A stretch of 64,000 nucleotides of DNA from Lysobacterales bacterium. GTDB taxonomy: Bacteria > Pseudomonadota > Gammaproteobacteria > Xanthomonadales > SZUA-38. Positions 57,201 to 64,000 of this stretch are shown piece by piece. A program made the translations under genes and the position numbers. Below the pieces are notes generated by a model. That model saw only the letters and a list, made by a program, of their open reading frames with translations, did not search any database and had not been told where the DNA came from. The DNA lies in the NCBI GenBank assembly GCA_028285525.1, contig JANQOZ010000044.1, positions 6,920 to 70,919 on the forward strand, read 5' to 3'. Every line of letters begins with the position of its first letter. Within the stretch, counting starts at the first letter, position 1.

Positions 57201-58024
57201 GCGACCGGAACAACAACCCGCAGCCGATCACCTCGGCGCCCACGCTGGCGCGCACGCCGCAGGGCGATCTCGCGGTGTTCTTTGGCACCGGTAAGTTCTT
57301 TGAGACCATCGACGCCACCGTCAGCTCCAACCCGTTGCTGGAGACTTTTTACACGGTCGTTGAAGATCGTCCGGACCTGGATCCGCTGGCCGACTTCAAT
57401 ATCGGCAGTCCGGGAACCCGCGCTGACCTGGTTGATATCCGACTCGGTCAGGAAATCACGGACAACGGTTTTGTGGTTCGGCGCATCGACACCAGCACCG
57501 TACCCGGCGAGCTGGGCCGCGGCTGGTTTATCGACCTTGCGCTGAACGTGAACAGCCCCACCGGTGAGCGGGTTGTTGCAACGCCTCGGGTGAGCTTCGG
57601 AACACTGATTTTCACCACCTTTGAGCCGACCAACACACCGTGTCTGCCGGGTGGTATCCCGCGTCTGTACGTCCTGGATGCGGTCACGGGTGGCCCGAGG
57701 CTGGCCAGCAACGTGCTGGACTGCACCGACTGTGTGGGTCTCGAGCTCACAACGGGTGCGCCGCTCGTGCCGCCGGTGGTGATCGACAAGACGGGTGAGG
57801 AGCGTTTGCAGGGTTGCTACGACGATCCGACGGCGCCCGGGTGCTTCTGTATTCTCAACCCGGGTGACGCCGCCTGTACCAACGAACCGGTGGACCAGAT
57901 TCTGTCGGCCTGTGAGCTTGGGTCGAGGCCCGTGGTGGTCATCGATCCGGTCACCCGAAGCCGTATCCCGATCGGCTGCATCAAGGAAGGCCGGACGGTC
58001 TGGGGTGAGCGAGAGCCATACTGA
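54287..58024 (+). CDS. pilY1: PilY1-like pilus tip adhesin with N-terminal vWA domain
   Basis: 1245 aa with a signal peptide. It has the MIDAS-like VIVVLDDSGSMS, C-terminal beta-propeller-type sequence (YIGDLNGNMWKFDL), and sits between pilX and pilE. Confidence 0.88.
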   Translation: MNNRSANTKMSLLLGLAATCFLSGNAWAQLDIANQPLVVFQNVKSNVIVVLDDSGSMSFETITPTNDGSLYWQAGATDSFVQADGTFFFGTAGRKYSYVFPYTEGPNGGHFVIPPFPQFGFMWSSAYNTGYYDPTQTYEPWPDFGALTFNDIDPTAAPSDPSGSTGNAGRQHDLTQNLAFTNEGFHFNDGMVIPGGTRYRNGANNAWIDQLGDQVWNGGDVQERGVDYYPSFYYTPVDTGTYTLTIPGVNPLPDVVVNGDCATPVPANYKIFERVPSGIAGDADALGPDGSCLVRTDIAAGTPEMQNFANWFSYYRKRHLAVRNGIAGAFVDLPLGMNVGYFTINNRNTVAMREFDNNPAVDERDLFLTDIINENFGGSTPNRQALNHAGNQFQRSNNPVIEFECQKNFAVMFTDGFSALGGIPTPGNVDGAEGQPYADTFGNTIADISMDYFENFDASGLTFPVENQGEVSIPRACDTATLPTPLDCKTDLHMNTYMVVLNGLGTIFGVTHFEIEDAYANPPTWPDVNGARDPSQIDDLYHAAVNGRGLMLNAATPTEIAERFQTALADIVARSRPTTSLTATSTRLTTESRLYQAAFDSFDWSGDLVAVDLEGTVEWSAEEELQARTADRLVFTINDTGGVEFDDFTDLAGNVQTELAANLDTVLGVDINAASPAFTGDQFLDFIKGDDALEGTVFRDRENLLGDVVNSEPIVAGPGNEGWARLPAGAGGGATYVNYVDGPKQSRPLTVYVGANDGMLHAFDAEDGEEFFAYVPRAVTPKLAELGNPGYLHEFYVDDTATAADAFSGSWRTVLVGGLGAGGRGVYALDVTNPGTFNASNVLWELTSDDDPDLGFTIGRPVISRTSSGTWVAVFGNGHNSQNNDGFLFVVDLFNGTVLAKLPTGQGSNADPAGLASPRLELNGADGLSIANAYIGDLNGNMWKFDLSDNSPGNWGSAFTSGGNPQPLFTARDRNNNPQPITSAPTLARTPQGDLAVFFGTGKFFETIDATVSSNPLLETFYTVVEDRPDLDPLADFNIGSPGTRADLVDIRLGQEITDNGFVVRRIDTSTVPGELGRGWFIDLALNVNSPTGERVVATPRVSFGTLIFTTFEPTNTPCLPGGIPRLYVLDAVTGGPRLASNVLDCTDCVGLELTTGAPLVPPVVIDKTGEERLQGCYDDPTAPGCFCILNPGDAACTNEPVDQILSACELGSRPVVVIDPVTRSRIPIGCIKEGRTVWGEREPY

Positions 58025-58119
58025 CTTGGCTCCCGGCGGTCTGGCTGGGCTAACATAGGACTTGTTTCCCGCCCACCTGGGCGGGCGCTAAGGAAACACA
58101 CAAAGCGGAGAGAGCGGCC

Positions 58120-58530
58120 ATGCGCCAGCAAGGATTTACTCTGACGGAAATGCTGATCGTCGTCACCATCGTGGCGATCATGGCCAGCATCGCCATCCCG
58201 ACCTACAACGAATTTACCCAGCGTGCACGCCGCACCGAGGCCAAGACCGCGTTAACCCAGGCCTCTCAGGGTCTCGAGCGCTGCTTCACGCGTTTCGGCG
58301 TCTACAACAACGTCAGCTGCGACACGTTTGTGCAGGTCAATGGCGGGTTCAACTCTGAATCGAACTGGTACACGATCACCGGCGTCGTCAATGCGGCGGA
58401 CTATGTGCTGACGGCCAACGGTCTCGGCAGTCAGGCCACCGACGCGAAGTGCGGCGACTACGGTATCGACGAGCTGGGGCAGAAAACTCACACCGGCTCC
58501 GAAGACTTCGAGTACTGCTGGAGTCGCTAG
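58120..58530 (+). CDS. pilE: type IV pilin PilE
   Basis: MRQQGFTLTEMLIVVTIVAIMASIAIPTY. 136 aa, with a C-terminal Cys pair. Confidence 0.88.
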   Translation: MRQQGFTLTEMLIVVTIVAIMASIAIPTYNEFTQRARRTEAKTALTQASQGLERCFTRFGVYNNVSCDTFVQVNGGFNSESNWYTITGVVNAADYVLTANGLGSQATDAKCGDYGIDELGQKTHTGSEDFEYCWSR

Positions 58531-58557
58531 GCCGGCGCCGGGCCTGCCTGGGACCGG

Positions 58558-59148
58558 CTAAATATCCAGCGCGTCGAATTCCGCCAGATTTACCAGAATC
58601 TGGTAGACGCTGCGCTCGAGCTGCTCCCGCTCACCGGACTGCGTCAGCTGGCGCATGGCGTCCGAAATAGCGATCCACCAGTGCATATGCGCAGCGCTGA
58701 GCTGAGCCGCCACGGGAATCAGGTCGCGCGTCAGCGGCAGACTCTCGATCGCCGACTGCTTGAGCAGCACCATGGCGTCCAGCTCAAGCTCGTTTTCCTG
58801 CAGCGAATCCAACAATCCCTGAATCACCTTGGGTTCTGACTCGAGCGCGAGCGTGTTGGCGGGCTCAGCGTTCGCCGGTAAGAACGCAATATCCAGATGG
58901 CTCAAGATATCGCGCAGCGATCCGCGCAGGCTGAGCCAGAGGGCTCTGCGTCGCTCGTGCTCACGCGACTGCTGGAAATAGGATAGGATCCCGACCAGAA
59001 AAAACCCTTCGATACAGAACCCGATCAGCTCGGGCAGCAGGTTGTCATGAAAAGCGCCTTCCAGACCGGGCTGAATGAACCACCAGTAGAGCGATAGTCC
59101 GGCGATGCCGAAGAAGGCCAGCGGCGCAATCAGCACATAGCGTTTCAT
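58558..59148 (-). CDS. hypothetical two-TM membrane protein
   Basis: 196 aa. The TM segments are YVLIAPLAFFGIAGLSLYWWFI and LIGFCIEGFFLVGILSYF, followed by a helical soluble domain. The ATG overlaps the upstream stop (ATGA). Confidence 0.55.
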   Translation of the reverse strand: MKRYVLIAPLAFFGIAGLSLYWWFIQPGLEGAFHDNLLPELIGFCIEGFFLVGILSYFQQSREHERRRALWLSLRGSLRDILSHLDIAFLPANAEPANTLALESEPKVIQGLLDSLQENELELDAMVLLKQSAIESLPLTRDLIPVAAQLSAAHMHWWIAISDAMRQLTQSGEREQLERSVYQILVNLAEFDALDI

Positions 59149-59702
59149 TGGCTGGTTTCGCTGTCGGTGCCGGCGTGCGCCTGGATAATTCGCGCGATTT
59201 TGGCGGCCTCATCGGTTGTCAGGTCCAGCGGCAGGTTCTGCACGTAGACCACCAGCTCAGGCCGGATGGGTATCGGCAGCAGGTCAGGGGGCTGCTGCAC
59301 GGTTGTCAGCTTGATTTGTTCCAGGGCCTGCTGCTCATCGGACGCTGCCTTGCCGGTGGTCTCGGATCGACGTCGCAGCTGGCGCGTTTCCGAAGAGCTC
59401 GGCACAAACGCCTCGGGGTTATCGCTCCATGCGATAAAGTCCTGGAGTGCTGCCTTCAGCCGCTCGCCGTAGATGCTGAGCGTTTCCGCGCGAATCGAAC
59501 TGCCCTGGAGCTTGTGGAAACGCGCACACAGCTGATCGACGTCCAGCTCGCGCAGGTCCGCGGCCTCATCCTCGCCGAGTTGAGAAAGGAGCTGTTCGGC
59601 CGCGTTGCGCCGGCTGCGCGCTGTCGCTGGATTCAGCTGACCGGCCATGGCCGACTGCTTGAGAAATTCGAGCAGTCTTTCAGAAGAGTAAGATTTTGAC
59701 AT
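59145..59702 (-). CDS. hypothetical protein (N-terminal region reminiscent of integrase SAM-like/core-binding fold)
   Basis: An internal ATG at 59702 gives MSKSYSSERLLEFLKQSAMAGQLNPATARSRRNAAEQLL...AALQDFIAW. I cannot firmly name a family. Confidence 0.5.
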   Translation of the reverse strand: MSKSYSSERLLEFLKQSAMAGQLNPATARSRRNAAEQLLSQLGEDEAADLRELDVDQLCARFHKLQGSSIRAETLSIYGERLKAALQDFIAWSDNPEAFVPSSSETRQLRRRSETTGKAASDEQQALEQIKLTTVQQPPDLLPIPIRPELVVYVQNLPLDLTTDEAAKIARIIQAHAGTDSETSQ

Positions 59703-59774
59703 GCGAATCGGCGCGTCCTGGACAGCGCCGATTCTCGACCAATTTCTGGCCGCCGGCAACCAAAGGTTGCCAGG

Positions 59775-59969
59775 CTAGCGGGACTCGGTTTTGTCGGTGA
59801 TGGCCCAGACGGAGGCGCCGAACCACATGACACCGGTCCAGCCGAACAGCAGGTTGAGGACGGCTATCGCCCAGAGGCTATTGGCGTGTCGATAGGCAGC
59901 GATGAAGGTGGGCAGCAGATAAACCGCGCCGACGATGAGCCAGAAGGTTACCCAGGTTGTGCCGCTCAT
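59775..59969 (-). CDS. superinfection-immunity (Imm_superinfect)-like small membrane protein
   Basis: An internal ATG at 59969, preceded by AGGAG, gives 64 aa: MSGTTWVTFWLIVGAVYLLPTFIAAYRHANSLWAIAVLNLLFGWTGVMWFGASVWAI. Confidence 0.65.
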   Translation of the reverse strand: MSGTTWVTFWLIVGAVYLLPTFIAAYRHANSLWAIAVLNLLFGWTGVMWFGASVWAITDKTESR

Positions 59970-60074
59970 ACGCTCTTCCACTCCTGTTGCGGGCTGGTCC
60001 CAACAGTCATTTCCTACATGCACCTAAGCTTAGAGCATGAATATGAACATGCACTGAAGACGACTGAGCGGGGC

Positions 60075-60905
60075 CTAACCCTCACCTTTGAGTTTACGAC
60101 TCAATGCTGACAGCCTTTGTGACAGACGCCCGGAAAGCGTGGATGACTTTTCTTCTTCATATTCCAGGTCTGCGATCTCGCTCTCGAGCATTTCGAGGCG
60201 TTTGGCCTCCTGATCCTTCTGGATGGTTTCGCGAATCTGCTTTTTCACGCCGCTGGGAAGCGTTTCTGAGAAAAGGCTTCGGTCTTCGCCGATCAGGAAC
60301 TTGCCCAGCTTGTCCAGAAATCCGTCGTCGATCTGGCGGGGGTCAGCCCGCCGGCGATGCTGCATGAGCCCGCCATAGTTCACAAACTCAAGCTCGATGT
60401 GCTCTTCGCTGTAGGCCGCTCGAACGACACCCTGCAGGAGGATCTTGCCGTGGATGCGAAAGGTGGCGCCGACAACCTCCCCGCTGGGCGATTTCAGCAC
60501 GCGTTTTTCGCCGTGAAGCGAATAATCGCGCACGAACGTGTCCATGACGTCGACCTGCTGCGGGTTGAGCGTGATATCAGGCGATTTAGCGCGGTCGATG
60601 TGCCCGGTGGCGACAATTTTGATTTCGCTGCGCACGCCCTTTTCGCTTGAAAGGGCGACGGTAAACTCGGGATCAACCTTGGCGGTGACGTCTCCGTAGT
60701 GGGGGATGTGGTAGTCCACCGTCTGCTGATGGTCGAGATATTCGAGGTGCTGGCTGAGCTTCTTGAGATATTCGAAGATCGCGCGCATAGCCGGACCCGT
60801 GTAGGTCCGATAAAAGGCACCTTTCTCCTGGGCCAGCAGATTTTCCTGCTCCTCGCGCTCCCGCCGGTCGCGGGCCTGCTGCTCTAGCTGGTCCAGCAGG
60901 CTCAT
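60075..60905 (-). CDS. hypothetical protein with coiled-coil termini
   Basis: 276 aa. The ends are charged and heptad-like (LDQLEQQARDRREREEQENLLAQEK; QKDQEAKRLEMLESEIADLEYEEE). I recognise no catalytic motif. Confidence 0.55.
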   Translation of the reverse strand: MSLLDQLEQQARDRREREEQENLLAQEKGAFYRTYTGPAMRAIFEYLKKLSQHLEYLDHQQTVDYHIPHYGDVTAKVDPEFTVALSSEKGVRSEIKIVATGHIDRAKSPDITLNPQQVDVMDTFVRDYSLHGEKRVLKSPSGEVVGATFRIHGKILLQGVVRAAYSEEHIELEFVNYGGLMQHRRRADPRQIDDGFLDKLGKFLIGEDRSLFSETLPSGVKKQIRETIQKDQEAKRLEMLESEIADLEYEEEKSSTLSGRLSQRLSALSRKLKGEG

Positions 60906-61083
60906 GGGAATTTATGACCGAAAACGTACACTCGCCGATTATCGCAAGCCATCAAACAAGTTGCCACAGGCTGCGGCTGACGGGGGCATCGGAAAATGTC
61001 GTCCGCGGGTGCACGGAAAACTGTGCCGGTTGCTTTGTCTCGCCGCCAACACGAATCGCTGTTCGCTGCCGACGGGGGATCGC

Positions 61084-61848
61084 TCATCTTGGTGGCTGTG
61101 GTGCGGGTTTGCGTCCGAACATCATGTAGTTGACGTCGAGCCGCGGCGTCAGCGAAAAAAGCCGAGTCATAGGATTAACCCGCACGCCGGTTGTGCTGAC
61201 GGTTTCCAGGCCCCCGTCTGAGAGCAGCGCCTCAACCTCGTCGGGCTTTCGAAGCAGGCTGTAGCGGTGGGTGCCCTTGGGAAGCCAGCGCAGGATGTAC
61301 TCAGCCCCGACGATGGCGGTCAGCCATGACTTGAAGTTGCGGTTGATGGTGGACACAAACATTCCGCCGCCGGGCTTCACGAGACGGCTGCTGGCGTCCA
61401 TGAACACCGGGAAGTCGGCGACATGCTCGACCACTTCCATGTTGAACACGAGGTCGTACGAGTGCCCTTCAGCGGCCAGGATTTCGGCGGTTTCCAGGGT
61501 GTAGCGGATCGCGAGGCGCGACTCGGCCGCGTGCGCTTTGGCGCACTCGATGTTGCGTGCGACCACGTCCACGCCGTGCACCATGGCGCCGAGGCCGGCG
61601 AGCGATTCGGACAGAATGCCCCCGCCGCAGCCCAGGTCGAGAACCCGAAGCCCGCTGAGCGGCTTTTGCCGGTCGTCGGCGGCCATCCCGGTCTCCCGAA
61701 GCTGGGCAACAATCCACTGCATTCGCAGCACGTTGAGCCGATGCAGCGGCCAGAAGGGCCCGGAAGGGTCCCACCAGGAGCCAGAGAGCTTGTCGAAATT
61801 GTCTGCCTCACGCAGATCCACTGTCGCTGCATCCAGCGGCGGTGACAT
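61084..61848 (-). CDS. ubiG: ubiquinone biosynthesis O-methyltransferase
   Basis: An internal ATG at 61848 gives MSPPLDAATVDLREADNFDKLSGSWWDPSGPFWPLHRLN. Also contains VLDLGCGGGILSESLA (SAM motif I) and FNMEVVEHV. Confidence 0.88.
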   Translation of the reverse strand: MSPPLDAATVDLREADNFDKLSGSWWDPSGPFWPLHRLNVLRMQWIVAQLRETGMAADDRQKPLSGLRVLDLGCGGGILSESLAGLGAMVHGVDVVARNIECAKAHAAESRLAIRYTLETAEILAAEGHSYDLVFNMEVVEHVADFPVFMDASSRLVKPGGGMFVSTINRNFKSWLTAIVGAEYILRWLPKGTHRYSLLRKPDEVEALLSDGGLETVSTTGVRVNPMTRLFSLTPRLDVNYMMFGRKPAPQPPR

Positions 61849-61912
61849 TTTGCGTAGTGGCGATCGATCCCGAGAAGTAAAGTTGTGGATCAAACGTTTG
61901 ATGGCTGGGGCC

Positions 61913-62107
61913 CTAGCAGCGGTCTTCCGGAACGGCGTGCGTCCTTTCCGTAGTCGTCAGGTGCAGACGGGTGTTGGACGGAAAATCCTCCATCTGGACC
62001 TTTTTGCGGCTTGCCAGAATCACGGCGCTGATCAGCCCAAGCGGGATCAGCATCAAGCCAAAAGAAACAAGATAAGTCATCATCATTCCCCACCGGAAAC
62101 GCGTCAT
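61913..62107 (-). CDS. possible small single-TM protein
   Basis: 64 aa. MMMTYLVSFGLMLIPLGLISAVILASRKK is one hydrophobic helix with a positive-inside flank. There is no other support. Confidence 0.3.
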   Translation of the reverse strand: MTRFRWGMMMTYLVSFGLMLIPLGLISAVILASRKKVQMEDFPSNTRLHLTTTERTHAVPEDRC

Positions 62108-62219
62108 GTTAGTCAGTAGCCGTGACCTGCGGATAAAACGTCGGTGACGAAAGGGTCAAGATCGTTCAACAACCCTTCATATCAACGATTTCTCGCCCGG
62201 TCTAAGCCGATGTCTAAGA

Positions 62220-64000
62220 TTATTCCTGCGATTGTGACGCCGGCGTATACGAGCTGGAGGGGTGCAAATGGCGCTCGAAGAAGCGAATCATCTTCTTGAA
62301 TGAAAACCGGCGAACGGCGGCCGCTTCGGCATCCCAGCCGTGGCCGACCCCCGGCAGCGTGACCAGCTCGAAGTTTTTCTCCGCATCGATGAGATCCTGG
62401 GTGAGGGCAACCGTGTCGGAGTAAAGGACCACCTGGTCGCGTGTCCCGTGAATGATCATCAGCGGATCGACGAGTCCCTGGCTGTGAAACAGCGGCGACT
62501 GGCTCTCATACCGCCCGGGCTGATCGTCCCCGGTCTCGGGTCCCATCACCCATCGTTGCGCCGGGTAGGCGTGCGCCACGTTGCTCGCCGGTGCGCCCGC
62601 GATGCCGGCCGCATAGACGCCCGGCTTCTTGAACAGAGACATCAGCGTCATCAGTCCGCCATAGCTGGACCCCCAGATGCCCACCCGCTCTGGATCCGCA
62701 ATACCTTCGCTGACGAGGTACTCAACGCCGCTGTGCAGGTCTTCGATATCGACCACGCCATAGCCATGGCGCTGCGCCTGGTTGTGCGCGCGACCCTGGC
62801 CGAAGCTGCCGCGCACGTTGACGCTCAGCAGCACAAAACCCCTCGCCACCAGTGCCTGATCCAGCCCCCAGGTTGGATGTGCCTGACGGCCACCCCACTG
62901 ATTGGTCACGCTGTCGGAATACACGGAGCCGACGATCAGCGGATAGCGCCTGCTGGAATCGTAATTCGCCGGAAGACTCAGGCGACCGACGAGCGGCGCG
63001 CCATCCAGCCGGCTTGGGAACTGCACGTAGCGCACCTCGGCCCAGATGAATCCGGCGAACTCCGGCCGCGGGGAGCGGGTGATGGGTTGAACCGTCAAGT
63101 CAGTCAGATCGACGTGACTTAGCTCATGCGGCGTCGTGTCGTTGGAATACAGGCTAACGGCGTGGCGCATGTCCGGTGAAAAGACCGGGGCGTGCGTGCC
63201 CTGGCCTGTGGTAACACGCTCCACGTCGCCGCCGCTGAGCTTTACTCGGTAGAGCTGGCGATCAGCCGGGTGAGAGCGGTTCGCTAGAAAATATAGCCAG
63301 GTTCCGTCTGGATGACTCCAGAACTGGGATATTTCCCAAGGTCCTGACGTCAGCGGCCGCAGCGCTGATCCGGGCTCAGGCTGGAGATACAGGTGTGAGA
63401 ACCCGTCTTTGTCGGTCAATAGCACCACCCCGGAACGCCCGCTTGCCCAGGCCGCGCGCCAGTCGGGACGCAGATGCAGCGGATCGTGCTCGGCGTAAAG
63501 CTTCCGGCGGCGGCCCGTTGCGACGTCATAGCTGTCGATCTGATGGTGCTTGATAAGCAGGTCTGAGCTGTTGACCAGCAGCCGGTCTCCGGCATCGCTT
63601 AGCGCATAATTCCACACGTAGTGTTTGTCGCTGGGCCGATCCAGGTAGCGCAGGGTGCCGGTTGCCACGTCTGCAACGCCGAGTCGAAATCGCTCGGTAT
63701 CGTCGCCGGGAAAAGCTCGCCGGACCTGCGAGCGCTGGTGTCCGTCGCGCGTGTAGAAATGCAGCTCGCGTTCCGGCAGCGCGCTGCGATCCACAACAAG
63801 AAAGGCGATTTTTGTGCCGTCGCTAGACCACTGGTAGCTGCTGATGGCCTGCGTTTTGTAGTCGAGCTCGACCAGCGGCCGGGCCTGGGGGCGGTCAGCG
63901 TCCAGGTTGAGCGCCAGCAACGCGTCGGGTTTTACCATGGCGAGTCGCGTGCCGGTAGGGGACGCGCTCAGCTGGCGCAGACCTTCGGACTCAAACAATT
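62220..64000 (-). CDS. S9-family serine peptidase (prolyl oligopeptidase / DPP-like; N-terminus probably beyond window end)
   Basis: A beta-propeller-like N-terminal part is followed by GIWGSSYGG (GxSxGG nucleophile), IIHGTRDQVV (Asp) and GVGHGW (His). Confidence 0.85.
   Translation of the reverse strand, partial: LFESEGLRQLSASPTGTRLAMVKPDALLALNLDADRPQARPLVELDYKTQAISSYQWSSDGTKIAFLVVDRSALPERELHFYTRDGHQRSQVRRAFPGDDTERFRLGVADVATGTLRYLDRPSDKHYVWNYALSDAGDRLLVNSSDLLIKHHQIDSYDVATGRRRKLYAEHDPLHLRPDWRAAWASGRSGVVLLTDKDGFSHLYLQPEPGSALRPLTSGPWEISQFWSHPDGTWLYFLANRSHPADRQLYRVKLSGGDVERVTTGQGTHAPVFSPDMRHAVSLYSNDTTPHELSHVDLTDLTVQPITRSPRPEFAGFIWAEVRYVQFPSRLDGAPLVGRLSLPANYDSSRRYPLIVGSVYSDSVTNQWGGRQAHPTWGLDQALVARGFVLLSVNVRGSFGQGRAHNQAQRHGYGVVDIEDLHSGVEYLVSEGIADPERVGIWGSSYGGLMTLMSLFKKPGVYAAGIAGAPASNVAHAYPAQRWVMGPETGDDQPGRYESQSPLFHSQGLVDPLMIIHGTRDQVVLYSDTVALTQDLIDAEKNFELVTLPGVGHGWDAEAAAVRRFSFKKMIRFFERHLHPSSSYTPASQSQE

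Noticed and set aside
1-64000. Search by eye for tRNA/rRNA genes, CRISPR arrays, IS elements, integrases or prophage boundaries
   Set aside because: None found. The only tandem repeats are the two coding arrays (23992-24186 and 50601-50894). A covariance-model scan (tRNAscan-SE, Infernal) would be needed to exclude small RNAs.

Overview
GC-rich (by eye, not computed) chromosomal segment that looks gammaproteobacterial: it carries a Pseudomonas-type fimT-pilVWXY1E minor-pilin operon, nadC next to a DUF1631 gene, purEK, rnt and ubiG. It holds about 60 densely packed protein-coding genes, many translationally coupled. I saw no rRNA, tRNA, CRISPR array, IS element or integrase. Modules from left to right: (1) partial TonB-dependent receptor, DUF1838 protein, LysR regulator, FAD monooxygenase, NmrA-like reductase; (2) PhyH-like oxygenase, small ORF and SAM methyltransferase operon; (3) pgm; (4) cyanophycin cluster cphB-cphA plus a second Mur-ligase-only cphA-like gene; (5) sat/cysC-ppa-DHH phosphoesterase operon with a TetR gene upstream, and palindromic operators in the AT-rich gap between the TetR gene and a divergent VOC gene; (6) a Lys/Ala-repeat histone-H1-like protein; (7) patatin plus FMN-dependent hydroxyacid dehydrogenase; (8) DUF1800/DUF1501 pair; (9) DNRLRE-like protein with a C-terminal sorting-tag-like tail plus an 1121-aa PD40-repeat protein; (10) GDPD, RND pump with adaptor, MarR; (11) nadC, DUF1631, Trm112-like, purEK, quinone oxidoreductase, argD-like, Grx-like, rnt; (12) the most interesting locus, at 48934-51056 on the minus strand. 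It encodes a Sec-signal-bearing precursor whose C-terminal 98 aa are tiled from 12 EGxCG and 7 GDKGE units (12 Cys), followed by a DUF692 (MNIO) enzyme and a DUF2063 partner. This is a bufferin/oxazolin-type RiPP metallophore operon with an unusual mixed-repeat substrate; (13) the minor-pilin/PilY1 operon; (14) four uncharacterised ORFs, including a superinfection-immunity-like membrane peptide; (15) ubiG and a partial S9 peptidase. All family assignments come from motif recognition by eye. No searches were run.
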